Shown here: positions 1 to 10,298 of the stretch, one piece after another
How the letters are laid out: the number at the start of each line of letters is the position of its first letter
Numbering within the stretch: position 1 is the first letter of the stretch
Assembly (NCBI GenBank): GCA_964564685.1
Contig: CAZMBC010000004.1
Location: 23,382 to 87,381 of the forward strand
Source of the DNA: an uncultured Christensenella sp.
GTDB lineage: Bacteria; Bacillota; Clostridia; Christensenellales; UBA1242
Reading direction: 5' to 3'
Length of the DNA stretch: 64,000 nucleotides
Notes under the pieces: generated by a model
Told to the model about the DNA's origin: nothing
Seen by the model: the letters and a program-made list of their open reading frames with translations, nothing else
The model's database searches: none
Made by a program: the position numbers and the translations under genes

Positions 1-887
1 TTTACAGACCTCAAGATGCCTTTGTTCCGCTTGTAAAGTCTACACTCCCTTTAACCTCCGTTAGGTTTGTCGGTAGCTTGCTAACCCCGCTAATATCAAT
101 AGTTTTGCCTTTGCGCCTTATTGCAGGAGGGTTTTCAAACGAACAAGCATTAAGTTGTATAGGAATTGCCATGGGAATGACAATGCCTATTCTTAATGTT
201 CCATCCACAATAGTTGGCTCACTTTCAATGGCACTGATACCCCAGCTATCAATGCTACAAAAATATCAAAATTCTTCAGCATTAAAAAAACAAATTTGCT
301 CAGCAATCTTGTTTTCACTAATCGCATCAGCTTGTATTTTGCCCATGTTTGCTGGTATAGGCTCACCAATTTGCAACCTTCTATTTAACAATGCAGAAGC
401 CGGCAGACTTTTGGTTAAATTTGCGTGGATAATTGTTCCTACCGCCTTAATGCAAATAAGCACTTCAATTCTTAACTCATTAGGAAAAGAAGTTTACACT
501 TTTTTTACATATGCAATTGGCGGAGTTGTGATGATTGTAGGGATTTTGGTTCTACCAACATTATTCGGAATTGATGCGCTTCTTTTAAGTATGGGCATAA
601 ATGCAATTATTGTTAGCATCTTAAACTATATTAAAATTTGGAAACTAACCCACATAAGCTATGGTTTCATAAAAAAATTTATTTCAGTTTTCATAATAAG
701 TTGGGCCTTAACATATTTTTGTCGTTTCACATTACCCCTAATAAATTATATTTTCCCTAGTTTTATTTCCATTTGCCTGGTGTGTGGTTTATGTCTAATT
801 TTCTATTTTATTTTATTAATTACATTTAATGTTGTCACAACTTCATACTTTGGTGAAATAAAGAAAAAGGTTTTTAAACAAGTATAA
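1..887 (+). CDS. MOP-superfamily (MurJ/Wzx/SpoVB-like) flippase, C-terminal part; 5' end outside window
   Basis: The frame is open from nt 3 (YRPQDAFVPLVKSTLPL...), so the TTG at 78 in the ORF track is internal. The product is a run of hydrophobic helices like the C-terminal half of polysaccharide-biosynthesis/SpoVB-type transporters. Confidence 0.5.
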   Translation, partial: YRPQDAFVPLVKSTLPLTSVRFVGSLLTPLISIVLPLRLIAGGFSNEQALSCIGIAMGMTMPILNVPSTIVGSLSMALIPQLSMLQKYQNSSALKKQICSAILFSLIASACILPMFAGIGSPICNLLFNNAEAGRLLVKFAWIIVPTALMQISTSILNSLGKEVYTFFTYAIGGVVMIVGILVLPTLFGIDALLLSMGINAIIVSILNYIKIWKLTHISYGFIKKFISVFIISWALTYFCRFTLPLINYIFPSFISICLVCGLCLIFYFILLITFNVVTTSYFGEIKKKVFKQV

Positions 888-915
888 AAATTTAAAAATT
901 ACTAAAACTTTTAGT

Positions 916-1635
916 ATGACATTTACGATAATTATAAGAAGTACAATAATTTATTTAATAGTATTGTTTTTACTCCGTTTAATGGGAAAAAGGCAAATTG
1001 GCGAAATGCAACCCTACGAGCTTGTAATCACACTGGTTATTGCCGACCTTGCAACCGTACCAATGGCAGAAACAGCGTTGCCATTAATTCACGGCATCAT
1101 CCCTTTATTAACACTTATGGTGTTGCATTATATTTTTTCATTTTTATCCCGAAAAAGCCTATTTTTCAGAAAGCTAATTAATGGAAAACCTGTTATACTT
1201 ATAACTCCAAACGGAATTGATTTTGAAGCAATGAAAAAACTAAATATGAATATCAATGACCTACAGGAAAGCTTAAGAGCATGTAACTACTTTAATCTTG
1301 AAGAAGTTTTGTATGCTATTATTCAAACAAATGGTGCATTAGTTGTAATCCCACGCGCGACATACGCTCCTTTAACTGCAAACGATATAGGTATTGAAAA
1401 GCAACAAGCATGCTTGCCTATTATAATCCTTTTAAAAGGTAAATTTATAAAGGAAAATATGCAGATTGCAGGAATTGATGAAGAATTTATAGAAAATGAG
1501 TTATTAAACGCAGGACTAACAAACATTAAAAATATTGAACTATTGACAATGAACAACGAAGGAAAAATGTATATACAAATTAAAAATGCGCCTTTTATCT
1601 CATATCAAAGTTCATTTTCAGGAGGTAAATGGTGA
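916..1635 (+). CDS. DUF421 (YetF-like) membrane protein
   Basis: 239 aa. N-terminal membrane helices carry LRLMGKRQIGEMQPYELVITLVIADLA, typical of DUF421, followed by a soluble C-domain. Overlaps the next gene by 7 nt. Confidence 0.65.
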   Translation: MTFTIIIRSTIIYLIVLFLLRLMGKRQIGEMQPYELVITLVIADLATVPMAETALPLIHGIIPLLTLMVLHYIFSFLSRKSLFFRKLINGKPVILITPNGIDFEAMKKLNMNINDLQESLRACNYFNLEEVLYAIIQTNGALVVIPRATYAPLTANDIGIEKQQACLPIIILLKGKFIKENMQIAGIDEEFIENELLNAGLTNIKNIELLTMNNEGKMYIQIKNAPFISYQSSFSGGKW

Positions 1636-2018
1636 AAAAATTTATTTCCGTATTAATAATTTCAATTATCCTTTTTGGACTTGCAATCACCGAGTTGGTT
1701 TTAGTAACAAAGTTTATAAAGGAATTAGACAGTGATGTATCAAATCTTATGATAGAATATGAAGCAAATAAGGACAACATAACAAGCGTTGTGCCAGATA
1801 TAAAAATACTTAAAGACAAATGGGATTCGCACGAGCACTCTCTTTGCCTTATGTTTAATCATAAAGATATGACTAGCATTACAGACTGCATAAGCAAGTT
1901 ACTTTCCTACACAGAAAACGGTAATTATGAGGAAGGCTATGTAGAGTTGCATTTATTAAAAGAATACAGCGAAAAAAACCCTCATATAATGGGATGTAAT
2001 TGGAATAATATTTTATAG
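1629..2018 (+). CDS. small N-terminally anchored protein (DUF4363-like partner of DUF421 genes)
   Basis: 129 aa with a single N-terminal TM helix. Translationally coupled to the DUF421 gene, a pairing common in Clostridia. Confidence 0.5.
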   Translation: MVKKFISVLIISIILFGLAITELVLVTKFIKELDSDVSNLMIEYEANKDNITSVVPDIKILKDKWDSHEHSLCLMFNHKDMTSITDCISKLLSYTENGNYEEGYVELHLLKEYSEKNPHIMGCNWNNIL

Positions 2019-2051
2019 TATAGCTGCTATGCAAAGTATTATGCAAACAAC

Positions 2052-2080
2052 AAAAAAACACCTAAATATAGGTGTTTTTT
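2052..2080. terminator. bidirectional rho-independent terminator between the convergent DUF4363-like gene and rplQ
   Basis: A-run, stem acacct (2058-2063) / aggtgt (2070-2075), then T-run. Confidence 0.7.
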
Positions 2081-2087
2081 ACTTATA

Positions 2088-2591
2088 TTAAACTAACTCA
2101 ATGATAGCCATTTCAGCACTATCGCCATTGCGTGTGCCTAATTTAATTATTCTTGTATAGCCACCCTTTGTTCCCAATGTTTCTGCGCGTTTAGCGTATT
2201 TAGGAGCAATTTCATTAAAGATTTTTTCAATTAAAGGATGTTTAATATCCTCTGTTCTTTTAACAAAATCGCTTTTGCTTTCTTTTGGTGCTCTAACTTC
2301 TTGAACACAGTGAAGTTTAGCCATAATAGCGCGTCTTGCAGCCAACTTGTTTGGACCATCGTTAACAACTTCTCTATTCACTTTATTGCCTTTTTCATCA
2401 ACAGAAGTTTTAACAACTTTAACAACATCCTCGTAACTATTAATTGCAAGAGTAACAATTTTTTCTGCATAACTTCTAACTTCTTTTGCTTTTGCTAAAG
2501 TAGTTTCAATCTTTCCGTGCCAAAGAAGATTTGTAGCTTGATTTTGAATAACTGCCATTCTTTGATCAGTAGGTCTATTTAATTTTCTCAT
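2088..2591 (-). CDS. rplQ: 50S ribosomal protein L17 (long form)
   Basis: Ends GGYTRIIKLGTRNGDSAEMAIIELV. Follows rpoA as in the alpha operon. 167 aa, with a central insertion relative to ~120-aa Bacillus L17. Confidence 0.9.
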   Translation of the reverse strand: MRKLNRPTDQRMAVIQNQATNLLWHGKIETTLAKAKEVRSYAEKIVTLAINSYEDVVKVVKTSVDEKGNKVNREVVNDGPNKLAARRAIMAKLHCVQEVRAPKESKSDFVKRTEDIKHPLIEKIFNEIAPKYAKRAETLGTKGGYTRIIKLGTRNGDSAEMAIIELV

Positions 2592-2603
2592 AAGTCCTCC
2601 TAA

Positions 2604-3557
2604 TTATTCCTCATCATTTCGAAGGCAAAGTCCGTAACTTTGTAATTTTTCAGCCACTTCTTCAAGTGAGCGTTTACCCAAATTTTTAACCTTTGCCAAA
2701 TCGCTTTCTGATTTTTTAGTCAAATCTTCAACAGTACTTATTCCTGCGCGCTTTAAGCAATTGTATGAGCGAACAGATAAGTCCATATCTTCTATAGTCA
2801 TTTCAAGAACCTTTGTTTGCTTGTCCTCTTCTCTGCTAACTAATATATCCATTTCTGCCATATTAGCAACAAGCTCCACAAACAAACCAATGTGGTCTTG
2901 AATTAATTTACCTGACAAACTAATAACTTCTCTTGCAGAAAGAGTTCCGTTTGTTTCAACTTCGATAGTAAGTTTGTCGTAGTCAATATTTTGGCCAACA
3001 CGAGTGTTTTGAACAAAATAATTAACTTTTTTAACTGGTGTAAAAATGCTATCTACTGCAATGTAGCCAATAGGAGCATCCTCGTTTTTGTTTTGCTCTG
3101 CAGAAACATAACCTCTGCCACGACCAATAAATACTTCCATTTCGAATTTTGCAGAAGCATCCAAAGTTGCAATGTGCAAGCTTGGATTTAAAATTTCTAC
3201 TTGGTCGTTTGGTTCAAAATCAGCAGCGGTAACCTCGCCAGCGCCGTATTTATTAATACGAAGAACTGTTGTAAAGTCTTTGCTGGTTTCAAATGTTTTA
3301 ACAGCCAAACTTTTAATGTTTAAAACAATGTCAACAACATCCTCAATAACACCTTTAATGGTGGAAAACTCGTGTTGAACACCATTAATTTTAATACCAA
3401 CTGGTGCTGCACCTGGAAGAGCGGAAAGAAGTGCTCTTCTTAAGCAGTTACCAATTGTAATACCAAAGCCTTTATCTAATGGTTCTACAATAAATCTTGC
3501 AAAAGTACCATTATCGGTTTCCTCACAAGTAATTTTTGGTTTTTCGATTTCCATCAT
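2604..3557 (-). CDS. rpoA: DNA-directed RNA polymerase subunit alpha
   Basis: The N-terminal domain has FIVEPLDKGFGITIGNCLRRALLSALPGAAP. The C-terminal domain has LSVRSYNCLKRAGISTVEDL. Confidence 0.95.
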   Translation of the reverse strand: MMEIEKPKITCEETDNGTFARFIVEPLDKGFGITIGNCLRRALLSALPGAAPVGIKINGVQHEFSTIKGVIEDVVDIVLNIKSLAVKTFETSKDFTTVLRINKYGAGEVTAADFEPNDQVEILNPSLHIATLDASAKFEMEVFIGRGRGYVSAEQNKNEDAPIGYIAVDSIFTPVKKVNYFVQNTRVGQNIDYDKLTIEVETNGTLSAREVISLSGKLIQDHIGLFVELVANMAEMDILVSREEDKQTKVLEMTIEDMDLSVRSYNCLKRAGISTVEDLTKKSESDLAKVKNLGKRSLEEVAEKLQSYGLCLRNDEE

Positions 3558-3589
3558 ATTAATAATTTCCTCACTTTATAAATTATTTA

Positions 3590-4210
3590 TTATTTAGAGT
3601 ATAACTCAATAATTAAGTGTTCTTGGATATTTAAGTCAATATCATCTCTTTGAGGAAGTGCATTTATTTTACCACTTAATTTTTCTGCGTTAAATTCTAA
3701 CCATTTAGGCATAACAACTTTAACATTCTTAAGTTCTTTAAACATTTCAAGTTCTTTTTTGTTTTCTTTGATTGCAATAACATCATCAACTTTAACAAGA
3801 TAAGAAGGAATGTTCACTCTTCTTCCGTTAACAGTGATGTGACCATGGTTAACAATTTGACGGCTTTCTGCTCTGGAAGCACCAATTCCCATACGGTAAA
3901 CAACATTATCCAATCTTCTTTCTAACAATGAAAGCATGTTTTCGCCTACTATGCCTTTCATTGTTTCAGCCATATCGTAGTATTTTCTAAATTGTTTTTC
4001 CAATACTCCATATGCTCTTTTAACCTTTTGCTTTTCGCGCAACTGTAAACTATATTCAGTAGGTTTCTTTCTTGCTTGTCCGTGAACGCCTGGAACACTT
4101 GCTCTTCTTTCGATAGCGCATTTTTTAGTTAGGCATCTCTCACCTTTAAGAAATAATTTGCAACCTTCACGACGGCATAGCCTACAATCGGCACCTGTAT
4201 ATTTTGCCAT
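3590..4210 (-). CDS. rpsD: 30S ribosomal protein S4 (Cys-containing N-terminus)
   Basis: [26 protein letters not shown]..., S4 RNA-binding domain, and operon position. Confidence 0.95.
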   Translation of the reverse strand: MAKYTGADCRLCRREGCKLFLKGERCLTKKCAIERRASVPGVHGQARKKPTEYSLQLREKQKVKRAYGVLEKQFRKYYDMAETMKGIVGENMLSLLERRLDNVVYRMGIGASRAESRQIVNHGHITVNGRRVNIPSYLVKVDDVIAIKENKKELEMFKELKNVKVVMPKWLEFNAEKLSGKINALPQRDDIDLNIQEHLIIELYSK

Positions 4211-4229
4211 AGTTTTATTTTCTCCTTAA

Positions 4230-4625
4230 TTATATTCTTCTGCGTTTTGGTGGACGGCATCCATTATGAGGTATTGGGGAAACATCCTTAATTAAAGTGA
4301 TATCAATACCTGCGGTTTGAAGCGCGCGGATAGCGGTTTCTCTGCCGTTACCTGGACCTTTTACATACACCTCAACACTTTTAATGCCTTGTTCTCTAGC
4401 GTTTTTACCAGCAATTTCGCCTGCTTGTTGTGCAGCATAAGGGGTAGACTTTCTGCTACCGCTTAATCCCAAACTACCAGCACTAGACCAAGAAACAGCG
4501 TTACCAGCCTCATCGGTAATGGTAACAATTGTATTGTTAAAGGAAGCATTAATAAATGCCATTCCTTTATCTAAATTTTTAGTAGATTTTCTTTTCTTAA
4601 CAACTTTTTTCTTTGTTACAGCCAT
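4230..4625 (-). CDS. rpsK: 30S ribosomal protein S11
   Basis: The C-terminus [20 protein letters not shown] is diagnostic. Confidence 0.95.
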   Translation of the reverse strand: MAVTKKKVVKKRKSTKNLDKGMAFINASFNNTIVTITDEAGNAVSWSSAGSLGLSGSRKSTPYAAQQAGEIAGKNAREQGIKSVEVYVKGPGNGRETAIRALQTAGIDITLIKDVSPIPHNGCRPPKRRRI

Positions 4626-4644
4626 CTTTTAACTCCTTGAATTA

Positions 4645-5022
4645 TTATTTTTTGGCCTTTTTACTTTTAGAAACGGTTTTCTTTGGACCTTTTCTTGTTC
4701 TAGCGTTTTGCTTTGTGTTTTGACCACGAACAGGCAAATTCTTTCTGTGGCGAATACCACGATAGCAACCTATTTCTTGCAAACGCTTAATATTTAATGA
4801 AACTTCTCTTTGTAAATCGCCTTCAACAACACAGTTTTTCTCGATATATGCCCTAATAGCAGCCACTTCGTCTTCTGTTAGGTCTTTAACACGAGTATCT
4901 GGGTTAATATTGCAAGCGGTTAAGATTTTGTTTGAAGTTTGTTTACCAATACCGTAGATATATGTTAAACCAATCTCTACCCTTTTCTCTCTTGGCAAAT
5001 CAATTCCAGCAATACGAGCCAT
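4645..5022 (-). CDS. rpsM: 30S ribosomal protein S13
   Basis: [27 protein letters not shown] place the start at ATG 5022 (GGAGGA RBS upstream), not the ORF-track start at 5061. Confidence 0.95.
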   Translation of the reverse strand: MARIAGIDLPREKRVEIGLTYIYGIGKQTSNKILTACNINPDTRVKDLTEDEVAAIRAYIEKNCVVEGDLQREVSLNIKRLQEIGCYRGIRHRKNLPVRGQNTKQNARTRKGPKKTVSKSKKAKK

Positions 5023-5137
5023 TTTATTCCTCCATAAAATATAAAATATATATAAACGCAATTAGGGTATAACAAAGTTATACAGCCGCCCCATTGCAAT
5101 TATTTTTAAAGTTAGTCCAAATTTAATTTGGAAAATA

Positions 5138-5251
5138 TTAGCCTTGTCTTTGTTTGTGTTTAGGATTACTGCAAATAACACAAACAACACCGTTGCGTTT
5201 GATAACCTTACATTTATCACACATTGGTTTAACTGATGGTCTTACTTTCAT
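5138..5251 (-). CDS. rpmJ: 50S ribosomal protein L36 (zinc type)
   Basis: Absent from the ORF track (37 codons). Hand translation gives [37 protein letters not shown]. Confidence 0.9.
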   Translation of the reverse strand: MKVRPSVKPMCDKCKVIKRNGVVCVICSNPKHKQRQG

Positions 5252-5261
5252 TTTTCTTCTC

Positions 5262-5495
5262 CTAAATTTTATTAGTTTTCATACGCCAAGTAATGCGTCC
5301 TTTTGTTAAATCATAAAGCGACATTTCAACCTTAACTGAATCTCCAACCAAGATTTTAATGTTGTTTAAATGAAGCTTGCCCGAAAGATATGCAGTAATA
5401 ATGTACCCATTTTGAAGTTTTACTTTGAAATTTGCATTTCTTAAAACTTCCACCACCACGCCTTCGGTTTCAATCAACTCTTCTTTATTTGCCAC
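5262..5495 (-). CDS. infA: translation initiation factor IF-1
   Basis: S1-like fold sequence [31 protein letters not shown]. Lies between map and rpmJ. Confidence 0.95.
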   Translation of the reverse strand: MANKEELIETEGVVVEVLRNANFKVKLQNGYIITAYLSGKLHLNNIKILVGDSVKVEMSLYDLTKGRITWRMKTNKI

Positions 5496-5770
5496 TATTT
5501 CTTTTCCTCCAATGATTTTTTTAAAGAAATATAGTTATTAATTGTATGTATTATATCACAATCAAAAACTTTTTTAAAGTCTAATTTGCAATCATTACAC
5601 ACAATTTGAAGATGTTTTATGTTTTTTTTCTTCGGATTTGTTAAAGTTCTTGTTTTTCCATTAACTAAAAGAGCATAATTTCCAGCAACTTCAATTACTA
5701 CAAAATACTGTCCTTTTTCTCTTCCACTTAATGCAACAACAAGGTTTCCCTTACTTACATTTCTAATCAT
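5495..5770 (-). CDS. KOW-domain RNA-binding protein (L14E-like, ybzG position)
   Basis: 91 aa. [21 protein letters not shown] is KOW-like. Occupies the conserved slot between map and infA. Confidence 0.6.
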   Translation of the reverse strand: MIRNVSKGNLVVALSGREKGQYFVVIEVAGNYALLVNGKTRTLTNPKKKNIKHLQIVCNDCKLDFKKVFDCDIIHTINNYISLKKSLEEKK

Positions 5771-5777
5771 ACAACAC

Positions 5778-6524
5778 CTATAATGTTAAAATTTCAACAC
5801 CATTTTCAGTTATTAAAATTGTATTTTCATAATGCGCAGCAGGTAGCCCATCCCTAGTGACACAAGTCCAACCATCTGGCATAAACACAACATTTCTTAA
5901 ACCCATATTAACCATAGGTTCAATAGCAATGGTTGCATTAGCATTTAGTTTAGCACCACTGCCTGCTCTGCCAAAGTTTGGAACATCTGGGTCTTCATGA
6001 AGATGTTTACCAACACCGTGCCCAATAAGTTCTCTAACAACCGAATAACCGTTTTTCTCAACATAGTTTTGCACTTTGTGAGATATATCACCCACAAAAC
6101 AGCCACTTTTTAATCCTTTAATGCCCTCAAAAAAGCTTTGTTCTGTTACCTTAATTAAACGCTTTTTCTTTGCATCAATTTTTCCCACCGGAAAAGTTCT
6201 GGCAGCATCACCGTGAAAACCCATATAACAAGCGCCAACATCCACGCTGATTATATCACCTTCTTTTAAAACCTGCTTTTCACTTGGTATTCCGTGCACC
6301 ACAACCTCGTTAATAGAAGTGCAGATAGACGCAGGAAAGCCATTGTAATGCAAAAATGATGGTTTAGCATTACGGCTTATGATATAGTCATACGCTATTT
6401 TGTCTAATTCTTTTGTAGTAATATTAGGTTTTATATGTTTTTGTAAAAGATTTAATGTATCACGCGTAATTTCACATGCAATACGCATAAGCTTTAAATC
6501 TTCTTCGGTTTTATAATTAATCAT
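5778..6524 (-). CDS. map: type I methionine aminopeptidase
   Basis: Metal-ligand motifs VDVGACYMGFHGDAARTF, IGHGVGKHLHEDP, IEPM and YENTILITE. Confidence 0.95.
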   Translation of the reverse strand: MINYKTEEDLKLMRIACEITRDTLNLLQKHIKPNITTKELDKIAYDYIISRNAKPSFLHYNGFPASICTSINEVVVHGIPSEKQVLKEGDIISVDVGACYMGFHGDAARTFPVGKIDAKKKRLIKVTEQSFFEGIKGLKSGCFVGDISHKVQNYVEKNGYSVVRELIGHGVGKHLHEDPDVPNFGRAGSGAKLNANATIAIEPMVNMGLRNVVFMPDGWTCVTRDGLPAAHYENTILITENGVEILTL

Positions 6525-7150
6525 TTTAGGCCTTTTTTATTTAGCTCCTCAACAACAGCGCTAAAGTTTTGCTCAATAGTTCCGCTGGCGTTGATTTTGC
6601 TAAACAAACCTTTATTTTTATAAAATTCAATCAATTCAGACGATACAGCGTTGGTTAAAATTCTTGTTTTAACCACTTCTGGTTTATCATCTTCTCGTAT
6701 ATAAACCTCCCCACCACACTTTTCACACTTGCCATTAACAAGAGAACCAAGTGCGGTAGGTTGTTTACAGTTTAAACACATTCTGCGATTTGATAACCTT
6801 TTAATAATTATTTCTTCTTCCACGTCAATTAATAAAACGATATCAACCTGTGAAATTGCATCTAGAGCATATGCCTGTTTTATATTCCTTGGATAACCAT
6901 CTAACACAAAACCATTTTTACAATCATCTTCTGCTAATCGGTTTTTAACCAAGTTATTTGTAATACTTTCAGGTACAAGCAAACCTTTGCTAATATATTT
7001 ACTTGCTTGTTTACCAAGTTTGGTATTTTGAGCAATGTTTTCTCTAAATATAGCCCCTGTAGAAATATGCGGAATAGCATATTTTTCAGAAATAAGGTGT
7101 GCCATTGTTCCCTTGCCACTCCCTACAGGCCCTAGCAATACAATTTTCAT
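6521..7150 (-). CDS. adk: adenylate kinase (zinc-lid type)
   Basis: P-loop LLGPVGSGKGT. The lid has CLNC...CEKC. Confidence 0.95.
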   Translation of the reverse strand: MKIVLLGPVGSGKGTMAHLISEKYAIPHISTGAIFRENIAQNTKLGKQASKYISKGLLVPESITNNLVKNRLAEDDCKNGFVLDGYPRNIKQAYALDAISQVDIVLLIDVEEEIIIKRLSNRRMCLNCKQPTALGSLVNGKCEKCGGEVYIREDDKPEVVKTRILTNAVSSELIEFYKNKGLFSKINASGTIEQNFSAVVEELNKKGLK

Positions 7151-7159
7151 TTTTTCTCC

Positions 7160-8455
7160 TTATTTATTTAAAAATCCCTTATAACTCTTCATTAGCATTT
7201 GGCTTTCCAAAGACTTATCAAATTCAATAGCCACACTAACCACAATTAGCAAGCCAGTTGCACTAAATGCGCCAACTAAACCACCAGTAAAGGAAAGTGA
7301 TTTAAATATTAAACTTGGAACAATAGCAATTATTGCCAAGAAAATCGCTCCGAACAAGGTAATTCTATTAGAAATCTTTTTCAAATACTCAGCAGTTGGT
7401 TTACCCGGACGAATACCAGGGATAAAACCACCATTTTGCTGAATGTTTTTGCTTATGTCTTCAGGGTTAAAGGTAATTTGTGTCCAGAAGAATGCAAAGA
7501 ATGTAATAAGCAGACCAGTAAGCACAATATAAATCCAGCCACCTGCACCAAGCCAATTTGAGTACCAAACATAAAATTTGTTATCTGGTTTGCAGAACAA
7601 ACTCATAATAAGTTGTGGAAAACTCAAAAGTGACATAGCAAAGATGATTGGCATAACGCCAGTAGCATTAACCCTTATAGGGATATATGTGCTTTGACCG
7701 CCATACATTTTTCTGCCTTTAACTTGTTTTGCATATTGAACAGGCACCTTGCGTTCTGCCATATCTATAAATACAATAAAGCCAAATATGAACACAAGTG
7801 CAATTAAGAATAAGCATAATTCTAAAATACTTTCTCCAACTGCAACACCATTAAATATATTAGAAAATACACCCAATAATGAATTTCCTGCAGTGGACAA
7901 AATACCCACGAAAATTAGTAAGGATAAGCCATTGCTTAAACCTACTGCAGTAATTTTTTCACCAAGCCAATAAGTAAACATTGAACCAGCAACAAGCACG
8001 ATAACCACAATCATGCCAACCAACCATTTAGGAAGCACCAATGTGTTAAGTGCTGCGGAATAGCTGATAACAATAGCAACTGATTGAACAATAGCCAAAA
8101 CTAATGCACAGTACTTTGTATAAGTACTAATTTTTGATTTTCCTTCCTCGCCCATTTTAGAAAGTCTTTCTAGGCTAGGAATAGCAATTGTTAGTAACTG
8201 AATTATAATTGAAGCACTAATATAGGGCGAAATGCCTAGCGCTAAAATAGCGCCATTGGCAAGAGCACCACCACTTACGCTACTAATAAGCGATAAAAAG
8301 TCTTGGCTATCAACCGTCCATGCTTCACTTGCTGGATTTAAACCCGGAACAGGAATCCAACAACCAATTCTGTATATTAACAAAAGCCCAATTGTTAAGA
8401 ATATTTTTCTTCTAATATCCTTATCTTTAAAGGCATTAACTAAAGTTTTAAACAT
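7160..8455 (-). CDS. secY: preprotein translocase subunit SecY
   Basis: 431 aa, ~10 TM helices, located between rplO and adk. Confidence 0.95.
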   Translation of the reverse strand: MFKTLVNAFKDKDIRRKIFLTIGLLLIYRIGCWIPVPGLNPASEAWTVDSQDFLSLISSVSGGALANGAILALGISPYISASIIIQLLTIAIPSLERLSKMGEEGKSKISTYTKYCALVLAIVQSVAIVISYSAALNTLVLPKWLVGMIVVIVLVAGSMFTYWLGEKITAVGLSNGLSLLIFVGILSTAGNSLLGVFSNIFNGVAVGESILELCLFLIALVFIFGFIVFIDMAERKVPVQYAKQVKGRKMYGGQSTYIPIRVNATGVMPIIFAMSLLSFPQLIMSLFCKPDNKFYVWYSNWLGAGGWIYIVLTGLLITFFAFFWTQITFNPEDISKNIQQNGGFIPGIRPGKPTAEYLKKISNRITLFGAIFLAIIAIVPSLIFKSLSFTGGLVGAFSATGLLIVVSVAIEFDKSLESQMLMKSYKGFLNK

Positions 8456-8901
8456 TATAATACCTCTACTTTTCCACCAGCCTTAGTGATTTTTTCAGTA
8501 GCAGATTCAGAGAACTTGTTTGCCTTAACAATAAGTGCCTTATTTAAGTTACCATTACCTAATACTTTTAAACCATAAGGGGCAATTTTATCAATAATAT
8601 TTTTCTCTAATAGTAATTCTGCCGTAATAACAGTGTTTTCATTAAAGTTGTTTAATTGAGACACATTTATAACGTTATAAACTTTTTTAAAGTTCTTATT
8701 GTTAAACCCACGTCTTGGTAATCTTCTTACTAAAGGCATTTGTCCGCCTTCAAATCCCAAGCGAACTCCACCACCACTACGAGAGTTTTGACCTTTGGTA
8801 CCTCTACCACTTGTTTTACCTATACCTGAACCAATTCCTCTACCAACTCTTTTTGATTTAGATGTAGAATTAATTGCAGGAGACATTTGATGTAATTTCA
8901 T
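8455..8901 (-). CDS. rplO: 50S ribosomal protein L15
   Basis: [26 protein letters not shown] motif and operon order. Confidence 0.95.
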   Translation of the reverse strand: MKLHQMSPAINSTSKSKRVGRGIGSGIGKTSGRGTKGQNSRSGGGVRLGFEGGQMPLVRRLPRRGFNNKNFKKVYNVINVSQLNNFNENTVITAELLLEKNIIDKIAPYGLKVLGNGNLNKALIVKANKFSESATEKITKAGGKVEVL

Positions 8902-8910
8902 AAAACCCTC

Positions 8911-9357
8911 CTAGTTTAATTCTTCCACTTTTACCAAGTGTGATACTTTAAATATCATACCTCTAACGCATGCGTTATCTGGTAAAATATGAGATGAATT
9001 TAGTTTTCCAAGACCAAGTGCTTTAACAACAAGCGCTTGTTTTTTATTATAACCAATAGTACTTTTTACTAGGGTTACTTTTAATTGTTTTTCAGCCAAT
9101 TTTTTTGGCTTTTCTACAACTTTTACTTCTTTTTTAGGAGCAACCACTTCCTTAACCTCTTCAACTTTTGCTACCTCAACTTTTTTAGATGTAGATGCTT
9201 TAGTTGTTTTGGCAGCTGATTTTGCTTCACTTTGTTTGTTTGTAGTTTTTGCAGGTGCCTTTTTAGTAGTGGCCTCTGCAGTTTTTGTTGTTTTTGTAGT
9301 AGATTTTGAAGGAGTAGCTGTTGTAGATTTAGTTGTTGTTTTCTTTTCTTCTGCCAT
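8911..9357 (-). CDS. rpmD: 50S ribosomal protein L30 with ~90-aa Lys/Thr/Ala-rich N-terminal extension
   Basis: The canonical L30 core LKVTLVKSTIGYNKKQALVVKALGLGK starts near aa 91. The ATG at 9357 has an AAGGAG RBS and sits 11 nt after the rpsE stop. Confidence 0.85.
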   Translation of the reverse strand: MAEEKKTTTKSTTATPSKSTTKTTKTAEATTKKAPAKTTNKQSEAKSAAKTTKASTSKKVEVAKVEEVKEVVAPKKEVKVVEKPKKLAEKQLKVTLVKSTIGYNKKQALVVKALGLGKLNSSHILPDNACVRGMIFKVSHLVKVEELN

Positions 9358-9368
9358 AATTTACTCCT

Positions 9369-9905
9369 TTATAAAATTTCCTCTACAGTTTTTCCACGAA
9401 GGCTTGCAATTTCTTCTTTGCTTTTTAATTGAGCAAGTCCATTTAAAGTTGCTTTAACAACATTGATTTTGTTACGAGAACCATAGGATTTTGCAGTAAT
9501 ATCTTTAATTCCGCAAAGTTCTACTACAGGACGAACTGAGCCACCTGCAATAATACCAGTACCTTCCATACTTGGTAATAATTTTACCATACTTTTTCCA
9601 AATACACCAATAACTTCGTGTGGAATAGTAGTTCCATCTAAAGCAATTTTAATCATATTTTTCTTTGCACTTAATGTTGCTTTATCAATTGCGTTAGGAA
9701 CTTCAGCTGCTTTACCGCTTCCTATACCAACTCTACCTTGTTTATCGCCACAAACTACTAGGGCGCTGAAACGCATATTTCTACCACCCTTAACAACTTT
9801 TGTTACGCGGTTAACATTAACAAGTTTGCTAGCGATAGGGTCGATTTCACGATTTAAAGGTCTTCTGTCTTTTCTTTCAACAGGTTTTCTTTCATCTTTT
9901 TGCAT
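9369..9905 (-). CDS. rpsE: 30S ribosomal protein S5
   Basis: [22 protein letters not shown] motif. Confidence 0.95.
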   Translation of the reverse strand: MQKDERKPVERKDRRPLNREIDPIASKLVNVNRVTKVVKGGRNMRFSALVVCGDKQGRVGIGSGKAAEVPNAIDKATLSAKKNMIKIALDGTTIPHEVIGVFGKSMVKLLPSMEGTGIIAGGSVRPVVELCGIKDITAKSYGSRNKINVVKATLNGLAQLKSKEEIASLRGKTVEEIL

Positions 9906-9916
9906 ATAAACACCCC

Positions 9917-10285
9917 TTAAAACTCAAGTCCAGCTTTTCTAGCGCCTTCTGCCAATTGCTTAATTCTGCCAGTATAGATATTACCAGCTCTATCAAAAAC
10001 GACTTTAGTAATACCCTTTTTAATAGAGTTTTTAGCAACTGCTTCGCCAACTATATAAGCTGCCTCTTGTTTAGTTTTTCCTTCAATTTTTTTAGCGATA
10101 GTTTTGTTAAGAGTTGATGCACTAGCAAGTGTAACACCATTAACATCATCAATAACTTGTGCATAAATATGATTTAAGGTTTTAGTAACACAAAGTCTTG
10201 GTCTTTCAGCTGTGCCAGAAAGATGTTTTCTTATACGAAGGGCACGAACTTTTCTTTCACTATTTTTATCAATTTTACTAATCAT
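9917..10285 (-). CDS. rplR: 50S ribosomal protein L18
   Basis: [37 protein letters not shown]. Confidence 0.95.
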   Translation of the reverse strand: MISKIDKNSERKVRALRIRKHLSGTAERPRLCVTKTLNHIYAQVIDDVNGVTLASASTLNKTIAKKIEGKTKQEAAYIVGEAVAKNSIKKGITKVVFDRAGNIYTGRIKQLAEGARKAGLEF

Positions 10286-10298
10286 TCTTCATACCCTC

